Of a DNA stretch of 64,000 nucleotides, positions 52,601 through 64,000 are shown piece after piece. The position numbers and the translations under genes are program-made. The notes beneath the pieces were generated by a model. That model saw only the letters and a list, made by a program, of their open reading frames with translations. It had not been told where the DNA came from and did no database searches. This DNA is from Phaeosaccion multiseriatum (Eukaryota > Protista > Ochrophyta, other classes). Within the stretch, counting starts at the first letter, position 1. Each line of letters opens with the position of its first letter. The stretch spans positions 4,774,001-4,838,000 of the forward strand of contig OZ218953.1 of assembly GCA_965112735.1 (NCBI GenBank). Direction: 5' to 3'.

Positions 52601-55600
52601 AGTGAGGGGGGAGGGAGGGAAGGGGAGAGGCCGGTACGACTGAATACGGCCGAGGAGAGGGTGGAAGATGATGGATTTCGCAGGGTCTCTCGCCCTATCT
52701 CTCTCTGCTCTGTCTCCATCTTCATGCGCACCCGCGGTATCTATTCTCTACCCCCCGATTGAAACCGTCTGTCTTGCTGTCTTTTTCATGAGTGTCTCAC
52801 GTGAAACTTTCCCTCTTCCCTCCCTGCTTGTACTCTTGTCATTCTTTCTGTGTGTGCGTACGTGCTTGCCTCGGGCGGTAGGGGTGTTATTCATCCCAAA
52901 ATTGGGTTTCTGGACGCCCAAGCTGACCTCACCATCCTCAGCATCCTCCTTCCAATCGTGTACACGGTTCAGTATGACGTTGTCCTACTCAGTCTAAAGC
53001 TTCCTTCCAAGATGGCCATGGGTGGGCTCATCGTCTCCTTGCTGGGCACGGTTGTGCTGGTGCGGCTGAGCAGTGTTGGGGGGCCGGGATCAGCAGTCTT
53101 GGTGTTTTGCCATATTTACTGTCGCATCGCGCACTTCTTTGGAGCTGAGGAGACGGAGGAGACGGCTGCGAGTGTCCCTATAGACGGCAGCAAGCAAGAG
53201 GGCAGCGAGAATGGCGCGGGGAGCAGCGGCAAAGCAAAGCAAGGAGGGGAAAGAGGGGGTGCGACGAAGGGCGAGGTGCCGGGCAAGGAGACAATCGCGG
53301 AGGCCGACGGGTGCGAGGCCCGACCCAACGGGAAGGCGAAGAAAAAGGCAGGGGATGGTGCTCGAGATGGTGATGGTGGTGGTAATGGTGACGCAGACTT
53401 GTTGTCTCAGCAGCTGAAGATGGAGATTCAGGAGACGCTGCGCAAGTACCCGTCCAGCCTTTTCCTCCCCGAAGCGCAGCAGGAGGGGGCAGAGCGGAAA
53501 CCCAGCGAACACGGAGGAGAGAGAGGAAAGGAAGGAGCGAAGGAGAAGGGCGTGCATTTGAATAATCTCCGACTGAATCTGCATCTCGACTACGACCTGT
53601 CGCTGCTGTCCTCGCACGACAACAGTAGTAACGACGGCGCTGCTGACAGAAGTAGCGGGCACGAGGGGGGTGGGGATGAGTTTCAGCCTCGACTCAGTCG
53701 AGGGGCATCCCAACAGCGGGTGGGGGGAGTGTCGTCTCGCCACGGCGGGGAGGGTAGCGCCTGCATTGGTGGCAAGGGACAGCAGAGGGTGGGAAGGGGT
53801 TATTCGCACAGGAGGAGAGCGTTACGGAAACGGACGTGGACGTCGTCGCCCACCGACCCCCCCGCCCAACCGGTAACTTGGCTACTCTCGGCCAACGGCA
53901 GAGGAGACGGGGTAGCGACGACGGCCGGAGGTGGTGAGCATGGGGCAGTGACGACTGGAGGTGTTGAGAATGGGGTCGCTCCAGACGGCAAGGTTCTTGA
54001 CAGCAACGAAAGAGAGGCGATGGGGGCGATGAGGGACGGTCGGGAGCATTCAATGATGCTCAGTGAAAGCGAAAGCGAAAGCGAAAGCGACAAGGACCAC
54101 GACAGTGACTTCAGCCCTTTAGATGTTGGACAGGGATGTGTATCGCCTTTGTCTGTGTCGGACGTGGCAGAGGACGGCAGGTGCGACAGAGCAGGAGAAG
54201 CCAACGGAGAGAAGATGCATATGGGCAGAGAGTGGACCCATATATCCCCAGTCACCAGTCCAAGCAGCCGGGAGGACAGCCCTTCAGAGGGAGGGGGGGG
54301 GGGGGAGAGAAGGGGGCGAAGCTGTCGATGCGCGCAGAGAGGGGGACGGAGACACTGTGGGGGAAGCCATCGCGATCGGAATCGGGACCTGGCGGGGCCG
54401 TGGTCACAGTGCCCGCCACCGGAGTCTTGAGCGGGGCCGTAAGCTGTCCTCCGCCAAGCTGAAGGGGGCGGGGTGGGTGTCAGGACAGAGGGCGGGCTGC
54501 GCGTCTCCTCTGGCGCGGCAGGAGTGTCAGGACAGGGGGTTGTCAGGACAGGGTGTCGGCGGTATACCCAGACCGGAGCGAGGTGGCGGCGGGGGTGGCT
54601 GCGGGATCGAAAGCAGCAACAGCGGTAGTAGCGACAACAGCAGAAGCAGGGGAAGGAGGCGACTTCGCCGTCGCTCCGACCCGCGAGAGGGGCAACAGCG
54701 GCATCACGCGGACAAGGGTGCGTGGGGAGGAGGAGGAGGAGGAGGAGGACAGGACAAGCGCTCTTTGTCTTTGAGTGTTATGGATATCCGCATTGTCTCC
54801 GCTTCCACCTTCGCCTCGCTCTCCCCCTCACGCCCCCCTCGGAAGGGGGTGCGACCAAGGAGGTATCATTCCAGCCATCCTCCTGACGACGACGGATTGG
54901 AGGGATTCACAGACGAAGAGGGAGAGGGGGGGGCAGGGGGGAGGAGGACGAGGGGAGGAGGGGGAGGGGGCAAGGTGGTGTACGACGGCTTGCTGCGTTT
55001 GTCTTTGAGTTTGGTGGCGATGATGTGCCTGTTCCTCGCTGCGTGTCAGATGCTGAGTCGTGTCCAGGACACAAACGATTGGCACCCCAACCTGTTCAAG
55101 GTCAGCAAGACGGGGAGGAAGAACGGGGGACAAGTCACCATCCACCACGCCAAGATATCCAAAGCCGTTCTCGACGCAGAGGTGGGTACCTACTCACTCG
55201 TATTGCGTATTGCAAGCTCTCACTCACTCTTACCTTCGAGACTAGGCAGTGGAAGGAGGGGAGACAGGGGGTGTGAGCCTGCTGCGCTTGCATCTGTCCA
55301 TCTCAGTCTGATATCCCGCCTCTAACTACCCACCTGCCTGACCTCTCTCTCGCTCTTGCGTGGCAGGGAGAAGCGCGTGTGGAGGAGCTTAAGTATGCAA
55401 CATGTAAGTCGGCGAACGGGAGCGAAGGCGGCATAGCATGAGCCTGAAGCGGCATTCCAGTATGGGACGCGAGAAAGAGAGAGAGATTGAGAGAGAGGGA
55501 GAGAGAGAGAAGGAAAGAGAGAGAGACGAAGAGGGACAGAGAGAGGGGGGGGAAGAGGAAGAGAAACGGAGAGGAAGACCATGTGATCGGAAGGAGGGGG

Positions 55601-58600
55601 TAGGGGATTGATTGCCTTCCAATTGGACTGGGCCTCCCGTTTTCAAAAGTGCCCTCCTCGCGGCCTCGGCCCCCAAAACATGACCCCCCTCTGAGTGGAC
55701 TCCCTCTCCTGCTTCTACCCCTGCCTGCTACGGTCAACCCCTTCTACTCTTGCTTCACGTACTCCCATTCCTGTTCCATCTCCCCACCCGTCGCCCTTCG
55801 TTGCCTTCTCCCCCCTCTGCTGCTCCTGCTGTTTCTGCCGTTTGCTCGCTGCTGCTTGCTGCTGCTACTCGACCGCTTGCACAATGCCATCATCATCACC
55901 ATACCACATCTTGGAACTAACCCAGGTGGCATGCAATGGTTTGGCTTGAGCATAGTCGACTTTGCCCTCATGGTAAGAGGAGAGAAAGAGAGAGTAAGCG
56001 CTTTGGCAAAGCACGACGCTACCGGGCCGGGTGTGCGCCTCGCCCTTGCACATTGTGTGTTGTGTGTCGAGATGAATGCGTAAGTCGCTTGGATGCCCGC
56101 TCATCGTGGGCATCGTGGATGGTGGTGAGAGTGAGCCTGTGGTGCCATGGGCAAAAATGTCAGAATAGGTCTTCAAGAGTCTTTCCTAATCAGCCATCCC
56201 CCCTGTTCGCCTCTCTCTCTCTCTCTGCCCCCCCCCTCTCTTTCTCCTCCTCCGTGCATGTGCACCACTTTGTGGATGGGTAGGCAGAGATGGCGTACCT
56301 CGACGAGAACAAGCAGCTTGATGCGGCCAAGCTGCTCTTCCCCAAGGGGCGGGTAAGTCAAGTCCACTACACCTGATGTGGCAGGCACCTCCTCTACCGT
56401 GTAACAACCCTGGACCCACCCTGTTTTATCGTATCACGCACCCACCCCACACCTCCCCTCTCTTCCTGCTCTCCTCTACCAGTCCCCCAAGGTGATTCTT
56501 CGACACCCCGAGCCCCCTGAGGACGGTGCCGCGAAGCAAGCGCAGTTCGTGGAGGTGGTGGTGCCAACCAAGAACGTCAGTGTCATCGCCATTCGGGGCA
56601 CGGACATCTTTCGAGTGGAGGACTTCATCGAAGACGTTAAGGTGAGGGGTCAGGGGTCAGGGGCCAGGGGCTAGGGGCCAGGGGTAAGGGTTGTGTTGAC
56701 AGGGTCTGTATGAGGGATGAGGGTTGAGGGGTATGCTCGCTGGTAGGGAAGGGGGGCAGGGAATAGAGGGACGGATGCAAAGTTGCATTTTCGGAGTCGG
56801 AGCGAGACCTAAGTATGTACGGGAGATGATGACGATGATGATGGCGTGTGGTGTTGTCTCCTCTCTCTCACTCTCCGCCACCGCCCCTGGTGTTTTTGTA
56901 TCCGTCGCCCGCCCCTGCTCCTGCCCCTCCCTGTGCCCCCCCCTCAGTTGTGGGTAGAGCCTGTGGTCTTTATGCTGCTTTCCTCGGTCTTCCCAACGGT
57001 GAGTTCGTTGTCGTTGTCTATCAGCTCTCGGGCTCGGCTTGGCTCCATGCGCTGGCGTGGTTTGGTCCTTGGAGGTCCCTAGGATACACCTCTGTATGCA
57101 TCAGTCCTCTTGCGGAGCAGGAGTAGCTCAGCTCTGCCCCTCTCCGCCCGGCCGTCTTTGCGTTGGCCCTCACTGTCTTGAGAGGGCGCAAAGACACCGC
57201 CCGCTCTGCTCATTTTGTTCGTCACTCGTGTCTATCACATATTCCGTCAGATAACGCTATTTTTACGCCCACGACCCTCCCCCCCCCACTCCATGTGCCT
57301 TTGCTTTTTCTATTCCTCTGCACTGCCGTATATATGTGTATATATACCTTTCCATTCCAGGTGCGTCTGTGGCCGGAAGAGACAGCGTCGCTCGTCATTG
57401 AGTGGCTGCATGAGACGCTGCAGCTCTTTGGGTTGCACACGCACGCGCAGGTAATGTGTCAGCACATACGCACGCACGCACCCAGGCCCGCACCCACCCA
57501 CCCACTCACGAGCAACCGAAAACATTCCTTTTCCGCCAACTCGGGGCACGCATTGTCTTACTCACGACAGGGCCAACCCTCTAGTCTGTAGTCCAATGTC
57601 GTGCCCATGTTTCACTCTCATTCTGCCACCTCCGTCCGGGTACTCAGGCCTGCCCTGCCCTGCTCTACCCTATACCTTACCGTACCGTACCCTACCCTGT
57701 CCTACCCTACCCTACCCTACCCTTGTTGTGTGCACCACCATTAGTACTACCAGCCAGTGGTGAGCTATGTCAGGGAGGTCAAGGCCAGAAACACCAACGT
57801 GGTCATGACTGGCCACTCTCTCGGTACGGCAGAAAGAGTCGGGGTGGGGTGTACTGTAGCTCATACTGATTCGTTTATATCCCCTGCGTGGGGGGACTGA
57901 TTAGTCTTGCTCAACTCTGCCGCGATGCCGCTACTTGCTCCTTGACACAGGCAACAATGCACTGAGCTCGTGAGCCCTCCCTCCTTTGTCCGTCATCTCT
58001 GTACCCCCTCGTGTCTCGTCTTTAGGCGGCGGCCTTGCTCGGATTGTGGGCTCTCTGGAGAAAGTCCCCAGCATTTGCTTCAGGTAAGAAACAGCCTGCT
58101 TTCCTTTTTTGCTTCGCTCTTCGCTCGCCCTTAACTCTCCCACCCCCCCACTCCTGGTTATTTCCTTCCGGTCGTCTCCCTCTCCCTCTCTCTGACCCTC
58201 TCCCCGTTCCCCCCCCTATCTCCCCTCTCCCTCCCCTTCCCCACACACCCATCGAGGAACCAGCCCTCCCGGGATAGCCCAGAGCTACCGAAAGTTCCGC
58301 GTGGCAGATGCCCTGGTGGATCGCAGATACTTACACCACACATCCGTAACCATAGCGCCGGAGGTGAGCACGCTGAGATGAGTTCGAGTTTGGTTTTCGT
58401 TGGCCCTTTTCTGTTTCTTCTGGTCCAACCCTTGCGATGGGGGAGGGGGGGGTGGCATGGTGTCCGCGAATGGGTCAGTTGTGGGAGGTGTTTTGCTGGG
58501 GTGCCTCCTCACCTCACCTCCCAATCCCTCACCTTGCCCGGCCCTCGGTTGCGGTGTTGTGAACACCCAATTCAGAATGACTTGGTACCCCAAATCGACA

Positions 58601-59496
58601 CACAAGGTAAGGCGTTCGAGGCCGAAAGGATTGGGAGTGTGGAGGGGTATGAAGAAACGATCCATCAGAAGTGTCTTGTCGCCTACCCAACCTCTATTAG
58701 TATTGTATATGCGACCCCGCTGCCCCCCTTCCTCCCACGCGATCGATTCAACTCAACACAAACACGCCTTCCACTTGCGTTTGTGGGTCCTTCTTCTTAG
58801 TGGGCCTTGTCCAACGAATCCTGTGTGACGGGAACCCTAATATGCTTCAGCTCAGCTGCCATATGATGGAGATGACTCTCTGCGACCTGGTCAATCACTG
58901 CGGGGACTACCGTTTCAAGGTAGAGAGAGCGAAAAGAGAGCAGAGAGAGAGGGAAGAAGGGAAAGAGAGAGGGAGAGAGAGAGAGAGAGAGAGAGAAAGA
59001 ACGAATGAAAGAGGAGGGGCAATTCCCCATTGGTACTTCAGCGCTGATACACTGAAGGCCTTTGTCGGGTAGGGAGGAGCGAGTCTGCACGAAGGGAAGG
59101 CAGCTGAAGACAGCTGCGAAAGGGGGGGGTGGGGGATGTAACAAGCTTGGGCCTGCTTCTTTCTTTCGCTCCTTGCCTGCCATGTGGCTCGTACTGAGCA
59201 CACACATCAATCCATTATCTTACCTTCCTGTGTCCTGTTTTCACATCACTTTGTCGAACCCCCTCCGAAAACTTGAATCCGTTGTGTGTGGCATACCGTG
59301 CTCACACTACTGTGCCCTGCTCTGCTCGCTCTCTCTCTCTCTCTTCCAGAGCTGCACGTACGACTTTGGGCTGAGTCGAGGAGAGATTCTCAACATGGCC
59401 TTCAATCTCGTCAAGGAGAACGTCTCGTGGCTGCTGCCCATAGTGTTCATGCTCCTCCTCATCTTCGCCCTCCTCGTTGTCCCGGAGCTGCTGTGA
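49655..59496 (+). CDS. Polytopic membrane protein with C-terminal class 3 (alpha/beta hydrolase) lipase domain and terminal TM helix, many exons
   Basis: VSVIAIRGTD, VVMTGHSLG-GGLARIVG (intron-split at 57823), IQNDLVPQID, CHMM; multiple hydrophobic segments from 50040 to 53140; C-terminal WLLPIVFMLLLIFALLVV. Confidence 0.85.
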
Positions 59497-60047
59497 GAAA
59501 CACCACTCTGAGGCGATGACTTCCTTCTGAAGCTATTTATGAACCACTCTTTTAGATGACGAGGGGGAGGGAGTGACAAATGGGTACCACCCCCCCGGGC
59601 GGTCAACGCAAGTGCGTTAAAGTACGGAGCTACGCACCGGACTTGTGAAGACCCCGGGGTGCGATATGTGGAAGAGGGAGGGTGAACACTGTGGGCACGA
59701 TAGTGTTAACGCTTTTGGTTCATCTTCTCGCAGCCCCGGTGCTTTCGCGCCGAGCCACGGTGGGGAGCTCCCGCAATGAGAGGTGTGAGACACAGAGGCA
59801 CGAGAAATTGGCGCAGAAGCATGGACACTGCCGTGCTCACGGTGGTGAAGCTAGAAAAGTGCAATGCTGAGGATGTGAGAAGGTGGCGCAGAGTGGATGT
59901 GGTGGCGTGTGTCCAGGCACACGGAAAGAAAAGGGAGGGAGACGAGGGACAGGACGGAGGAAGGAAGAGAGCAAGATGTTCATAACCATTGAGTTTTAAT
60001 AGTATGCTTGAGCTGCCTTGTCCCTTTCCTTATGTGCTATTCTTCTC

Positions 60048-61027
60048 CTAGGCCTCTCCGTCCTTCTTCTCGTCGTCCTCCTCCATGTCTGCGAATATCA
60101 TCGGGTCCCACTTCGTCAGCTCCTTCACGTACATCTCGGCGTTCTCCTTCTCAAAGAGCCCGAGGAGCGCCTGTTGCATAGGTTGATGGAAGAGAAGAAC
60201 AGGCGTGAGGAAGGTGAGAGGTCAGGCACAGACACATGGAAACCAATCCAGTGGCCACCAACCCCCCCTTACCCCACACACCCTTCCTCACGCACCTTTC
60301 CCTCGCTCTGTGCTGACTCGAAAAGCTGCTCGGCCTTGGCCTCGTCCACGTTGGGTACAATCTCCTCGAGGGCGTCCATGACATCCAAGCGGTCGTATGA
60401 CTCATCGTTCAGGAGCAGGAGCTGTGTGCAAAGCAGGGGGGGAGAGGAGGAGGAAGCAATGCGGGAAAAAATAAGGAGCATCACAGCATGCCGTCCTTCT
60501 TGCCCTTGCTTAGCCAGCAGCCCTCTTGCAGCGACTCGCCCCACCCCCCCCCCCCCCCCCACACCTGCAGTCGCCCCTTTTCTCTTTTTCCCGTCCCATA
60601 CCTTGTACTGCGTTGGCGGAACGTATTTCTGCTCCTTTTCCTCTACGCGTCTCTTCTTGAAGACCCTCTTCTTCTTCTCCTCCTTGAAGACTTGCTCCTT
60701 GTACTGGACTTTTGCCTCCCTTTGTGCCTTTGGTTTGCCGGCGGACTTCTGCAAGCCTCCATCCCCAGCAGCCATGGACAATCCTGTGTTGGTGTTGCAG
60801 GAGCTGCAGCCGCCCCGGCCAGGATGGCCTCTACAGGTGCTTCTGCCACTACTACTGATGCTTCTGATCATGTCCTTGCTAGCGCCTGAGGCGGTGGTAC
60901 GAGCAGCTGAAGCAGGAAATATGGGGGATGGTGCGAGAGGCAGGACGAATGCATGACATCCACACGAGAACAGGGTATTCAGAGCTGTTCCCGCTGCGAC
61001 CAGCCCCAAGAGGAGAGATTGCACCAT
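60048..61027 (-). CDS. clpS: Plastid-targeted ClpS-like N-degron adaptor, 3 exons
   Basis: Signal + CHA-F motif; PPTQYK-LLLLNDESYDRLDVMDALEEIVP..EAKAEQLFESAQSEGK-ALLGLFEKENAEMYVKEL. Confidence 0.85.
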
Positions 61028-61244
61028 CCCTGCGTGCTCTCGAGAAGCCAATCGACAAACAATCAGGCAAATAGGGGCTTCTGGAAGGTGGAAATGAAAA
61101 AGATGTGAACATGAAAAATGAGCGTTCCACAGGTTGGCGACCGATAACAACATGTCAAGAGGTGGTTGTTTCTTACAATGACGTTCCCTGCCCTCTTTCT
61201 TTTTCTTTCGGGCCCCATGCTATGAGTGCACTCCCCACAACTAA

Positions 61245-62744
61245 ATGAAGTCCCTACTACACCCAAGCTTCTCCGCGTCACGTCGCCTCTTCTTTTTCGG
61301 CCATGCTCTCATCGGAGGGTCTTCAAGAGCTGTGGCAGCCTTTTCCATAGGCGTTGGAGCAGCGGGTGGACGGTCGGGGGGGATGGCGCCATCACGGGAA
61401 GGAACAACAGCAGTGGACGCAGCAGGGGGGCGAAGAGTGGACGGGGGGTTCGCAGCAGCAGCAACGGCAGCATCTGGAGTAGGTGTAGCAGCGAAAAGCG
61501 CATGGCGAGTCCTACTGTCATGTCCTACCCTTCCAGGGGCAACCCTGCTCCTTCCCCACGGACAGAACGCCGGACAGGCCACCATCGAGTTCCATGCGGC
61601 CGCGGAATCAGAAAGATCAGTCGCGTTCGAAGGGTTAGAGATATGTCTGTGGGAGGGCCAGTCTCCCGCGGATCGCGACCCTCTCGTGTGCTTGGCGGCT
61701 CCTTCCGGAACGGTGGGGCTCTCACATCTGGGCGTGGGAACACACACATTTTCAGCCGCTGTGAGGATAGGGGGGGAGGCGGCGCTCTTATCATCGCCGG
61801 CCGTTCTGGACGTGCGGGTGGTGGAGCAGGAGGCTTTTGTACCCTCTTACGAGTGGCAGCCTGTCTTGGCTTGGGAGAGCGTGCCTGCCGGTGAGTTCCA
61901 TCATCATCATTCATTGCGAAGTTGACTCTGTTCTCTTACTTTGCATGCATGCCCTCACCCCCCCTACTCAAACACTGTACAACCAACATGCCACAGGGCT
62001 GGAAGTAAGAATGCCCATGGACGGGTCCGGCAAGACCGCGCGCATCCCCCCGACTTGGAGGCTTCAGGTGAGCATGAGCGGATGCTGGAGATGTAGTAGT
62101 CTCCGCGTATCTCCCTGATGAGGAGCTAGCTCAGTGCTTGTAGGAAGCAAGTACGTCTCGCGTAGTCTTTCGGAGAGTCCGTGTAGCTCACTGCCAACCT
62201 CACACAAGCAGCCCATCCTTTCCCAACCTGTCCCCTTTCTTAACGCTCGCTCCAGCTTTGGGTTGAGTCCGCAGCCCTAGCAGACAGGGGCGTGTCGGGC
62301 TTCTTCTACAGGGACGACCTCACGGAGTTCACGCCCTTGTCCCACCTGTGCGCGATGATCGCTCAGCAGGTCGAGAGGGAGCTTCTTCGGAAAAGCGAGC
62401 AGCGGCGACAGAAACGGCAGCAGAAACGGCAGCAGCAGCAGCAGCAGCAGCACCTGAATGGTGGGGGCAACAGCAATCTTGCTAGCATGGGGGTGGAGAT
62501 GATAGGGGAGCGTAGAGTCGGGGCGCCTCGCTTCAAGATCGACGCCAAGACTGGACGACGTGTAGATACTGCAGTACAGGGGAGGGAGGGGGGGGGGCAG
62601 GAAGTCATACCGGCGGTGCGAGTCCTCCTCACGCTCCGTGGGGAACAAGTGTGCTTGGATAATGCCACGGTGGGAGAGGTGGATCTTTTCAACCGACAGC
62701 AAGAGCTGGGGGCAGAGGTCAGGATTGAGGACCCCCAAAGGTAG
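61245..62744 (+). CDS. Hypothetical protein containing a SIL1 N-terminal-like motif, 3 exons
   Basis: FVPSYEWQPVLAWESVPAG-LEVRMPMDGSGKTARIP, then WRLQ-LWV..GFFYRDDL and a poly-Q tract. Confidence 0.65.
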
Positions 62745-63139
62745 CCCACTGCCCCGCTACACGAGATGGATGCCACTTGCATTTACGGAGGGGTGGGCTG
62801 TCACGCTCACGAGCGGGCGTTCAGATGGTATAGATACAGTGAATGTATTATAAACTTGGAAGAGTATAGATTGAACACACCAACATCCACCCTTTTTGGG
62901 GCAGAGGGTGTGGGGGCGGGGCGAGGCCCTTATTTCCATCTTTCCATCTATGCTCTATTCAACGAAAACCGAAACGGCCGCTCATACCCATCTCCCCCTC
63001 CCCCGCTCACAGTGTCACGTCACCAACCCCTGACCCACGTTAACGAACCAACCCTGTGTCGATCAGTTCCAAAGCCCCCAACCCATCTCCCCCCCCTTCA
63101 TAGTTATCTCCTCCTCTCGTCCTTGCGTGGACTGCTGAA

Positions 63140-64000
63140 TCACAGCCCCTTATCCCCCAGCCTGAACATGCCCTTGAGCATCTCAATGGTCTGCTTCTTG
63201 GACTCGGGCCCCTCTGGCGCGCGAAGGGCGGACATGGGGCCGTGAAGCATCTTGTTGACAATGCCTCTGGAGATCTTCTCTACCACCTCCCGCTCCTTGT
63301 CGCTCAGGTTGGACAGCTTGCTGCTGGCCTTCTTTAGCTCGGTCTGGCGCATGCCCTCAAACTTCTCCTGCATCTTGCTGATGGCAGGGATGGCAGACAG
63401 AGACTGTTGCCAGCCCCTGTTAAGACGCAAAACAAACGAGAGGAGGAGGAGGGCAGGGAAGGGAGAGGAGACGTGAGGACAGGGAAAAGAAGCGCAAAAA
63501 AAGTACGGCACGACAAACCTGCACAAAGTAAAGTGAATGCACATACAACAACCGCACCCACCGCCAGGCCCACACCCGTCCACCCTCTCTTGAATACCTG
63601 TGCAACAAATACCGCACCTGAACTTGAGCTGCTCCTCCTCCAAGATGCCCTCCGCCTCCATCATCTCGCGCCTGCGCAGCGCCGTGTTCTTGGCCACCAC
63701 CATCTTGAGGTCGTCCACATCGTAGGCAGACACGCCCTCAATCTCGTCGCAGCCTGACTCCACGTTACGAGGCACGGAGATGTCCAAAAACATGACGGGC
63801 TTATCCTTGCCCGCTCCGAGCCGGGCCAATTGCTCCTTGGTGACGATGCAGGCGGGGGCATTGGTGGAGGTGTAGAGAATGTCCGCCTCCAAGATTGCCT
63901 GCTCCAGGTCCGCCTCTCCGCCCCCGACACGAACGTCAAACTCCATGTCTGGGAACTCCTCCATCAACTCGGTGCAGCGAGGCATGCTCCTGTTCACCAA
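63140..64000 (-). CDS. hemA: Glutamyl-tRNA reductase, 3' portion (5' part lies outside the window; one intron ~63418-63617)
   Basis: VNRS, ADILYTST, FLDISVPRNVESG, AYDVDDLK, GIVNKMLHGPMSALR. Confidence 0.95.
   Translation of the reverse strand: MVNRSMPRCTELMEEFPDMEFDVRVGGGEADLEQAILEADILYTSTNAPACIVTKEQLARLGAGKDKPVMFLDISVPRNVESGCDEIEGVSAYDVDDLKMVVAKNTALRRREMMEAEGILEEEQLKFRCGICCTGIQERVDGCGPGGGCGCCMCIHFTLCRFVVPYFFCASFPCPHVSSPFPALLLLSFVLRLNRGWQQSLSAIPAISKMQEKFEGMRQTELKKASSKLSNLSDKEREVVEKISRGIVNKMLHGPMSALRAPEGPESKKQTIEMLKGMFRLGDKGL

Noticed and set aside
62115-62175. Hammerhead ribozyme (CTGATGAG core in an intron)
   Set aside because: No GAAA after stem II on the same strand.

Overview
A GC-rich, intron-rich eukaryotic nuclear locus. 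The 18S rRNA and several bipartite plastid presequences (signal peptide + A-F/W motif) point to a photosynthetic stramenopile (ochrophyte); I cannot resolve the class. The window holds about 13 spliced protein genes: an unknown membrane protein, plastid LeuD, an SDR/CCR-like protein lacking its catalytic Y/K, a plastid class I methyltransferase, Rtf1, a plastid protein with two RbcX-like units, HPPK-DHPS, an unknown plastid protein, a large SIM-bearing protein, a polytopic class 3 lipase, plastid ClpS, a SIL1-motif protein and the 3' part of HemA. It also has one complete 18S-5.8S-28S rDNA unit (minus strand) with single-copy-type genes on both sides, a 5'-truncated CRE-like (REL endonuclease) non-LTR retroelement with a triplicated terminal block, and a cluster of palindromic MITE-like elements. 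The best leads are (i) six long hairpin + U-tract units, with a compensatory base-pair change, directly downstream of the 28S gene, (ii) a tandem RbcX-like plastid protein in a red-type Rubisco lineage, and (iii) the A-B-A-body-B-A architecture of the retroelement. All homology calls are from motif recognition by eye, and exon boundaries are approximate.
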